Assembly: GCA_965213685.1 (NCBI GenBank)
Contig: CBDBZY010000064.1
Coordinates: 64,001 to 128,000, forward strand
Reading direction: 5' to 3'
From: a bacterium
GTDB lineage: Bacteria; UBA8248
Length of the DNA: 64,000 bases
In this document: positions 55,137 to 64,000 of the stretch, piece after piece
Position numbering within the stretch: position 1 is the first letter of the stretch
Layout: each line of letters opens with the position of its first letter
Made by a program: the position numbers and the translations under genes
The notes under the pieces: generated by a model
What the model was told of the DNA's origin: nothing
Database searches by the model: none
What the model saw: the letters and a program-made list of their open reading frames with translations, nothing else

Positions 55137-57493
55137 ACTAGGCTAATGCAGAGCGTTGTGGGCGAGCCAGCTACTGTAATGAATTTATCTATCTTCATTG
55201 ACATTTTAAAAGGTTTATTGTTTGTATGTTACGATTGATCTTCTTCAACATGTACTTCCCTATAAAGAGGCCTGTTGGTGACTAAGTGGAAACAAAGTTA
55301 ATGTCCATGGTTAGAGGTAAATTGTATGTAGAGGCTGCATGTAAGGTGATGTGTGATCATTGCCAGCTGCTGCTGCACCAGTGGGGAAGAGAGTGGGAAA
55401 GGCACAGGAGAAGTATATAGCCTTTCGTAGTGAACTCATTGATGGGAGTTCCATTGATGGATGGCCACATGAGTGTTGCAGATGAAGTATCTGCAAGTTG
55501 GCTCGGTTGCCACTACTGAACTGAATGCATCTTGCTCCATCATTGAATGGATAGCAACAGGACTGTGCAAGATGGGACTTGTGGCAGTCAAGGTCATCTG
55601 CTGCTGGCTCATCATTCTCTTCAGGCTGTCTAGTGTAACAGAGGCAAGATTCGAGAGATTGCCATCTTGTGGCAGTCGAGCACGTACACTCTAATTGATG
55701 CAACCATGGTTGGCATGATAGTACATGATGTGACATAACAACCACTGAAGAGCTTGGTCAACTGCAGCGCTGCACACGAAAGTTCTGATGTGAGTGATTG
55801 GCACCTTGCTTTCTCACACTAAAGATCTCTAGCTTGGAGGATAGCTGAGGAAGTCTATGGGTAAATGATGTCACATCTTGGGGCAAGTTAATAACATGCT
55901 GACCATAGCCATACTGTTGTTGAGGCAACCTGTATATGGACATGATATGTTTAATCAACATCTCCCGGCCCCCTGTATACAAAAGCGCATTAAGTAATAC
56001 ATATGTATATCAAATGTCAGTGTGGGTGTGTTCAGATTAAGTAGGACACACCTACATACTTGGTATTAGACAGGAGTATGTAACATCTATATACTAATCT
56101 GCAGCTGAGGAGGAACAGGGCCAGGATTCATGTTGTTTGCACATTGGGAATTTGCTTGTCCTGTGTACGGTGTATGCACTTAGGAGAGGTAGCTTTGATA
56201 CTCATTCTGGGGAATCTCTCCAGACAAGTACTGCACTTGGTTACCTTAAGTGCCACCAGGTGAGAATGAAACCCGGCTATCTTAGAATGAACAGCAGGCT
56301 GGTGAAAGAGTGATGATTGGAAGTCAATCTGATCCTGCTGGAGTCTATTACTCTCTCTGCATCCATTTCCACAGCTCAGGTCTCTTGTTGCACACTCCTG
56401 CTCTGTTGTAGATGAGCTACCCTCTCCTCCCTAGTTTCAGAGGGCAATCTCTGATCTTGGTTGAATGAAGCTTGCTGTAGACGGACTGCTCTCTCAAGTC
56501 TCTGTGACCAATCTCTGCTGTTAACTGAAGCTACGTCGCTAGCTTTGAAAGTCGACTGGACAGCACGATGAGCCATAACGCGAATTCTCCATCATTTTAG
56601 TACGGCCGCTTGTCTAGCTTGAGTGCATGGGCAACATGACGAGCGTTATCGCGAAGTCTCCGTCTCACTAGTCTCGCTGAAGACGAGGCCTGGTTGTAAC
56701 AGGCAGCTGCCTAGCTCCCCCTCTCGCTCTCTTCCGGAGGCATGGTCTGGTTGAAAGGTGCATCTCCTTCCCTAGCTGCAGTTCTCTCAAAGTAAACCGT
56801 GTGCTAGTTGAATGTAGCCTGCCGCAGATGGGCTGCTCTCTGCTCTGGAATTTCTGAGTGTAATCTCTGCTATTGACTGAAGCTAGCCTCGTCCCCAGGC
56901 TCTCCCCCCGCAAGCGTCATAATAATTGCGTGACCTTTGATCGCACGCGCAGCCTAAAGTTTGCAGGGTCAAAAGTCACAACGTTATTATTGCGCGTGCG
57001 GCTGCGAAGCCTGGAGACGAGGCTAGACTGAAGCTAAGTCGTTGCAATCGTACTTCTCTAGCTTCGGAATTTGACAGGGCAGCACGATGAGCCCTATCCT
57101 CCGTCTTTCTAGTAAGGCCGCTTGCCTCTCGTTTATCTACATGTATGGTCTAGCTTACAAGTCCTATCGCCGTCTCACTAGTCTTGCTGGAGACGAGGCC
57201 TGGTTGTAGCAGGCAGCTGCAAAGCTCCCTCGCTCGGCGACATGGCCTGGTTGAAAGGGATAGCTTTTTCCCTAGCCGCACTTCTCGATCTCCACCTTTA
57301 CCGGATGTGATGGAGCCGGCTTTACGTTTGCGCGTAGCGCGGGGGCACCCGGGGGCCAAAAGGACGTACTATATAAATATATACAATATAAATATACGAT
57401 ATAAATATATATGCAGACAGGGGGCCATTGAGTTCAGATGAGTTCATTGAGTTCAGATGAGTGCCGAGTGGGCTCGTTCCCGCTCGCCCATTA
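55137..57493 (-). mobile_element. Internally deleted Helentron-type element with Rep N-terminal remnants
   Basis: Both ends present (tgggcgagc subTIR; 3' ..gctcgcccacaacgctctgcattagcctag); remnants IYRLP..QYGY..HVINLPQDV..LP, AFPTLFPTG, ETREERVAHLQ. Confidence 0.75.
56884..57025. mobile_element. TAG...CTA MITE with 9-bp TSD (Academ-like)
   Basis: TIR tagcctcgtccccaggct / agcctggagacgaggcta flanked by gactgaagc at 56875-56883 and 57026-57034. Confidence 0.85.
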
Positions 57494-58069
57494 TGGTGGT
57501 ACGTACGTCATTCCGTAAATGTTCCACGTCTCGATTTATGCGAATGATGTTATTCCGTAATTCCGGTTCCGTAAATGTTCCACGTCTCGATTTATGCGAA
57601 TGATGGTATTCCGTTGATTCTAGCTAGCTACAGAACTAGCTAGCTGTAAATGGTCCACGTCTCGATTTATGCGAATGATGTTGCGTGTACTTGACCTCGA
57701 TCTGCACATGTACGTGTATCATAGATGCACAAGAGAGAAGAGAAGCTAGGCTTAGTCGTAGAAGAGAGCGTGAACGGTGGAATCGTGCTTTGGAAAGTGC
57801 AGAAGAAAGAGAAGCACGGCTGGCGAGGCGGAGAGTAAGGGACAGAGCTCTGCGAGCTGCACAGTCTACTGCCCAGCGAGAAGAAGCTCTACAACGCAGA
57901 AGGGAGCGCGAATTCCGCACAGAGTTTACGTACGTACGTACGTACGTCCACGTACATATACGTTTGTACAGCGCTTTTCAATTGCGTTGAGAAATTCCGT
58001 GGTTCCGGAATTCCGCCCTCATTACGTGTACAGTAATCCGTGTATTTCCGTCTTGCGCAGAGCTTAAAA

Positions 58070-59037
58070 ATGTTTACAGCAGAGCCAGCCAGAAACAAGG
58101 CTTACTCTTCGGATCTCAGATGGAGAATAGTCTACCAAAGAATTGCAAGGAACCTAACATTTGAGAAAATTGCCAAGAATCTTAGTATATCAACCGCTAC
58201 TGCTCATCGTATTTATACTCAATTTCACCGAACTGGAGGTATTGAAGTAACCCAGCAAGCCAGTGAGCACAATTTAAGGAGATTAACTGACAGAGCTGAA
58301 CTCTATGTAGTAGGTTTAGTACTTGCAAATCCTCCTTTGTACCTCTCCGAGATGTGTCAGTCTGTCAAGTCTACTTTTGACATTGAAGTGTCCCCGTCAA
58401 CCATATGTAGGCTTTTGCAAAGGTACGGACTAACCCCCCCCAAAAAAGGCAAGTCGTATTACAACAATGCGATGCACTACGAGGAACATTCATGTCTCAG
58501 ACTTTCATGTTTCAGCGGAATATGTTTGTATGGCTCGATGAAAGTGGTGCAGACAGAAGAGATAGTTTGAGGAAGTTTGGCTACGCACTTAGCGGGACAG
58601 CTCCTGTTAGCCACCGATTTCTTTGTAGAGGGCAAAGAGTCAACGCGATTGCTGCAATAACGGCTGAGGGAGTTTTGGCAGCAGAAATCACAAAATTCTT
58701 TGATTTTCTCAGGGGAACACTCATTCCTAAAATAAGAGCGTTTGATGGAAGTAGTTCACACTCTGTGCTAGTTTTGGATAACTGCTCTGTGCACCACATT
58801 CCTGATGTAACTGAGCTGCTTTCAAACGCTGGAATTGTTGTCCTGTTCCTTCCTCCATATAGCCCAGATTTAAACCCAGTCGAAGAGGCATTCAGTTTTA
58901 TTAAACAATACCTTAGGCAACATGATGAGCTGCTGCAATCATTGCCGGACCCTTCAGATGTACTGCAAGCTGGTTTTGATGCAATAACCAAGAATCACTG
59001 TGAGGCATGGATTACTCATTCTGGATATGCTAAGTAA
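58070..59037 (+). pseudogene. IS630/Tc1-like DD34E transposase; frameshifted
   Basis: AYSSDLRWRIV HTH; WLDESG, VLDNCSVHH, FLPPYSPDLNPVEEAFS (34 residues between D and E); frameshift at the C/A run ~58434-58448. Confidence 0.9.
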
Positions 59038-59260
59038 ACACATGCACATTATGCTAATCCACAATACTGTACTGAGCTTTGTTTACACACATCAATGGAA
59101 GTAGAAACACAAACAATATTGTATTGCTGAACTGAGTTTTGTTTACACACATCAATGGAAGTAGAAACACAAATGAAATGCAGCGTCAGTTTGAGATAAT
59201 ATCCTTGAGTAATGATGACACCAGGTGTACTGAACTATATCCTTGCATGTCCTCACAACA

Positions 59261-60060
59261 TTATTTCTGCTGAAAGTTTTGAATGTCAGTAAATATTGCC
59301 TTCTGCAGTGCATTATACTGTTCAGTGGGCATTCCACCCTTTTCCAACAAAGAGTGCAACTTGGATAGCTGATCAATACATTCGCTACGTAACTGGACTC
59401 GTTTTGCAGGGGACAGACTAGACACCACCTGGTCAACAATTGGCTGTGCAGCAGATCCACTCTTCTTAGAACACTTTTTAAAGTAGGGCAAGTCTGGTGG
59501 GTTATCATACGAAGCATGTTTGCCCATATGTATCATATGAGCCCATGCGTTAAGCTTCTCAATAGAGAATTCTCCTTCATGTTTTTCACGCAGCTTATCA
59601 ACAATATCCTCAATTGCTTGCATGCGTTGTTGACAGGTGCTTCTCTTAGCGCTTGACAATGGTTCACCTTCTTCATTTTCACGACCATGCTTCTTTGTAT
59701 CAACAGCAACAGCATTATCTTTCGTTTCACACAGACACCATAGTTGTATAACACATCGCTTCAATCTATACTCCTCATATATTTGTGCAATATCACTATC
59801 ACTATTTAAAACATTGTGCTTGCCCTTTAGCCCATGTCCAGGTGATAGAAATCCAACCATTTCTACCTTGCTGCCCAGGTCCTTACACAACACATCCATC
59901 ATTTCCTCTTTTGAAAGGAACTTCTGTGTAGTTGTCATGTTGTGTACGTAAAAACTTGTTCTCCGCTTTGGATTCATCACCTTAACTGAATATTGGTAGA
60001 ACACTTTTGAGGTTATGTTCACTCTTGTAGATGTTTTACTACTTGAGGAACACTGTAGAA
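59261..60060 (-). CDS. Uncharacterised protein convergent with the DD34E transposase, probably a TE accessory gene
   Basis: Open 271-aa frame with WAHMIHMGKHASYDNPPDLPYF motif and SHOCT-like C-terminal helix pair; a possible short intron and upstream exon near 60050-60110. Confidence 0.5.
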
Positions 60061-60486
60061 AGATTGACAATAGCATACATCACCACTTACAGGAACACAC
60101 TTACATCATGATTTTTTTGCTTTTAAGGGAGGGCGAGTCATGATTGCGTTCTTCGTCAATTACTCTACCGTCGCTTTCCCCCTACATTTACCAATGCTAA
60201 AACGACAGCAATTCTTTGGCGCGGTTGCAAATTCGCTGGGAAAAAAATTCATATTTCCTGCTACCGTTGGACGTGCGGCGCTGTATGGCGCCAACCGGTG
60301 AAGAGGAGGATGCTCGCCAAAGAGGAGTGAACTAGTTTATGCGCAATGGGTTGCTCGAGACTTGGCTTGCTACTTTACGGCAGAAGTTGCTACTGTTTTT
60401 CTAAATTCTGCAGCACGAAGAAAACGATTATATGTCTAGAAAGAAAGATTTAGCACGGATTTTTAAAGCAAACTTAGATAGCCAAC

Positions 60487-60701
60487 ATGCTTAGTAATCA
60501 TCCACCGAAGTTTCGTCTCTGCAGCATTAGCCGTTATTGGCAAATTTTTTTCTATAATTAGCGATATGCATATTGCGTAAATTTTATAATTCTATGAACC
60601 GACATATCACGCAAAAACTACGTTATTTCGCTAAGAGGCATCATTAGGAGAATACAATGAAACATAAATCAGGCAAAATCATGTCTTAGGGTCGTCCTGC
60701 C
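60487..60701 (+). repeat. Right end of the TTAA-flanked element, shared with MITE 42944-43333
   Basis: Near-identical to 43118-43332 and followed by TTAA. Confidence 0.9.
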
Positions 60702-61146
60702 TTAAACATAGAGTACACAAAACCCTGAAGCAAGCCTTTATTAGAATGCACGTTAAAGAGAAGGAATGTACGTATCCTTACGTCAAAATTGATCTCCTGG
60801 TGACTGTCATTCTCCCGCGGAAATGGACCGACCCTAGTGTGACAACGGGCATCCCAGTATGCACCCGCTTCAGGAGATCCACGACTCTGAGGAAGCGCAA
60901 TGTCGGGGAAGAGATCGTCGCCTTCTGTGTTCTCCATTTCTGCCTTGAGGGCGAGGCACACACGCAGAAGGCGGGCTTCTGAGGTCTATTCGGGAACGGA
61001 GAACGGAAAAACGCAATTTCTCAATGCAATCGCATTCCACTGTACGGCCGCATATGTGCGGCCATGAGCAACATCCGCAAACTCGCTCAGGCTCGCCCCA
61101 CAATGCCTGCATTTCTCTAGTCTTAACTTAATGTGGTGGGCTACCA

Positions 61147-61556
61147 TAATTGGGCGAGCCCACCTAGTCGTTGCGCGCGCTGGAGCCTTCCCCTAGTATG
61201 GCATCGGCAATGCCACCTTTTGTTCCCCACGGGCCCCCGCGCTATGGGCAAACGTAAAGCCGGCTCGATCACATCCGGTTACATGGTGAAACAGGGAAGT
61301 TGCTGCTTAGTGACAGTTGGCGTGTTACAAGCAAGTCTTGGCTAGTGTGTTGCGACTCAAGATTTGGACTACCCCTGCCCCTTACCTCGTCAAGGCTCAG
61401 AGCGTAGCTACCGTTCGATGCGTCGTTACACGCGGCCCGGCAAGAACCTACTTCACTGGTGGCGTGACGAGGCAGGGCTAGGACTAGACTACAGACTGCG
61501 ACTAGCATGTAGTTGGCTCGCTCCCGCTCGCCCACAATGCTGGGCATTCTACTAGT
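61147..61556 (+). mobile_element. HINE, same family as 29738-30725
   Basis: 5' aattgggcgagccc; shared cgcgcta..caaacgtaaagccggctcgatcacatccggt; 3' ggctcgctcccgctcgcccacaatgctgggcattctactagt. Confidence 0.7.
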
Positions 61557-62243
61557 AATACCTTTTAATGCTACTCTTGGCTGATAGCAAGCCCGGCAAA
61601 CAAGAAACCACAATACTCAGTGGTTGAATAACAACATTAGAGATCTTATCAGCCATTTTCAGGACTTGTATTGCAAAGCGATGAGCTGCAGGTGGCTGTT
61701 ACTTGTTAATGAGATTCATAGTTTTCCTACCATGTGCAGGACGTCTGCTTCTCATCAAAAATATAATAAATCTGCAGGCATTTCTTTTGAGCTGGTCAAT
61801 CCATCACTTTGTTGTACAAGGAGCAAAGCAGGTCCAATCAATTGCCTTTTTAGAATATTGTTTGTCATTAAAGTTTTATAGGGTGAAATGAAGGTATATT
61901 ATACTTTTCTTGAACACTTTGGCTTATTCTGGAAAGGCTGTTTATAAAAAAGGCATCATATGAACCTTAAATGGCTCGCTAAAAGTCGAAGATCTCTAGT
62001 TCTTTCTGCTAAGCCATTTTCATGCAGAGACATTTGATGAAAATATTAGTGACATTTGACCACATGTGCAGCTGTGCTCGTAAAAGATACACACATCATG
62101 TTTTGCTGGAGCGTTTTAGACTTTCTCTTTAATTGTGCTCCACATTATATAGCCCAGTTTCTACATGTATGTGTGCGCCAATAAGAGGTTGTTGAATCTA
62201 CACAGGCTGAACATGGCCACGCTTTGATGTTCCACCACCTTAA

Positions 62244-62745
62244 TCCTTTCGCTTACCAAAGTTGCACACTTGCTAAAACAGTGTAAAACTAGGGAAATAT
62301 CAAACATTTGATGATGTAATGTTGGTATGTGGGCAATTTACTGATTAAAAACCTCCCACACACCCCTTGAAGTGGCCTGTCAGCGCTTGGATGTGGCGGT
62401 AGGAGCTTTGAAGTAGCTTTCATCTCTGCTATTGTGTACTTTACAAAAAGCAACAAGCCTAGCAGGCAGTGTGATAAACTGTCAGAGAGGGCTATAGGTA
62501 GCTGCAGCGATGTCTAGGCTCTGTACGTAGCCATAAATCGGCCACGCGGTTTCGATCTGTAGGAATACGAAGATTTGAATTGGGTGCCAGGAGACATGTG
62601 GGGCACACCGTTACCATGGACGTAGCCAGGCTACGCTCATGCACTAGGCGACGCTTTGACCCCAGGGTTTGGAAGTACACAGAGATTTAAAAATGGCTGT
62701 GTCACTTTATTCGCTCGTTCTAGCATGAGAACTCAAGTGAAAGGG
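62244..62745. mobile_element. piggyBac-like MITE, copy 2
   Basis: ttaa-tcctttcgc...gtgaaaggg-ttat; collinear with 24524-25017. Confidence 0.7.
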
Positions 62746-63473
62746 TTATAGGAACACCCCTATGAAAGTCATTATCTTTTTCATTCCTGCACACCTTTTT
62801 AGTACTAACATATAATTGGCTCAGGCAGATATGGCATACGAATTCTATGTCTATTGGCATATTGGAATGCTATCTACCCTGGTGCCACATAGACATTGTA
62901 GCTGCATACCACAAACAGTTATCTGTGTTATTACATAATAAATAGAATAGGGACATAGCAAAGTGTTTGAGCAAAGACCTTTGTCACATACATGTAGGTT
63001 GTAAGGCCATGCTCTTATAATAATATTATTTATACTACACATTTTCATGACAGCTATTTGGGGCCATGCTATGGCCACACAATAAGGAAAGGTTGTAATT
63101 GTGTAGTAAGTGGGAGGGAATTATGGACTGGCATTATATATAACACGTACATGTAGATGTGCAACTCCCATAACAAAGGTCTTTGTTAAAACAACAATTC
63201 TATTTTTGCAGTGCATGCATTGACTTCCACTTTAATGTGCCTTTAACCAATAAGTATGTCTATCTCAGTTGCACATTAAATTTTGTTCCCCACCTGGTAC
63301 TGAACAGATGGTGTACAAAATGTATATCCTACTAGAAGTTTAGGGCATTTAGTGATAGTCTGCCAAGCTTGAAATAGCAGTAAGCACACATTATGGGTTG
63401 TTAACCCATCACAAGTTCCAGTCACAACACAATACTTGGAGATACTCTACATATTGCACCAATGCATTCAGTC

Positions 63474-63775
63474 TCATACTGGAGAAATACTAGTGGCTGG
63501 CAAGCAAATTCCCTCTTCGATGTGTTTACGTACACTGTACCCAAATTTAGAGAAAATACTTGCATGTGATTTTGTAAACCTCTTAAATGCCACACATAGT
63601 CCTGAGTACCAAAACTCCTGTCTAATGCGTTTTTGTGTAAGCTTGTAGTGCCTTTCTTTAAACTGCACAAAAGTACTACATATTCTACCAATACATACTA
63701 GTTGGGAAATATATACTCCATATGCTGGTTTAGCAGCGGTATTTGAGCTCAAATGAGGGAAATTTATAACGTCAA
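63474..63775 (-). mobile_element. Penelope-like retroelement RT C-terminal fragment
   Basis: FPHLSSN..KPAYGVYISQL..RICS..F.ER..L motif typical of the PLE RT thumb region. Confidence 0.65.
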
Positions 63776-64000
63776 ATTACGTGTAGACAACTTACCGGTC
63801 ACTTGAGTGACTGAACTTACCAAACTTACCTCTTCTCTGCCCACCAACCACAGTGCCATCCTTTGGATCCCCAGCCGAGGACTGAGACTGAGGCTGGGTA
63901 GAGCATGGTTCTCCACATAATTTGACCTTGCTAACCTCCCACACATCAATTATGTACTCCTTCTCTAAAGCAAGCATAGAATCGAAATTCTCCGTCCAAA

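Larger units (their letters stand above)
55063..61121 (+). mobile_element. Putative outer HINE carrying nested insertions
   Basis: 5' subTIR ttggggcgagtctgagcgag (55066) pairs with ctcgctcaggctcgcccc (61082), followed by an aatgc..gcatt hairpin and ctagt; 35-bp repeat x3 at 57515-57680; Arg/Glu-rich coding remnant 57720-57920. Confidence 0.5.

Noticed and set aside
57515-57680. Three 35-bp direct repeats with short spacers, superficially CRISPR-like
   Set aside because: Spacers are short and related to each other, there are no cas genes, and the context is a eukaryotic TE

Overview
Repeat-dense eukaryotic (animal) genomic DNA, most likely a demosponge. That assignment is inference from the TE repertoire and a Cys-rich multi-TM gene type; it is not prokaryotic. 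Most of the window is nested transposable elements: three long and two fragmentary CR1/L2-type LINE copies, an apparently intact 3-exon hAT transposase, a pogo remnant between two ~740-bp inverted copies of its own end, a frameshifted ~9-kb Helitron-like element (Rep + PIF1 + OTU), a Helentron remnant with HINE derivatives, a DD34E transposase, a Penelope-like fragment, many MITEs and microsatellites. Host genes are few and damaged: a multi-pass membrane protein split by a Helitron insertion, and two arylsulfatase pseudogenes. Two observations stand out. (1) The OTU-bearing Helitron-like element shares its ends with three non-autonomous copies whose termini combine canonical features (A^TC...CTTG^T, no TSD) with Helentron/Helitron2 features (13-bp subterminal IR, 5' hairpin) plus a ~365-bp terminal palindrome. 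(2) One LINE has a SAND-like domain at the start of its ORF1 region. All alignments were done by eye, so boundaries are approximate unless junction sequences are quoted.
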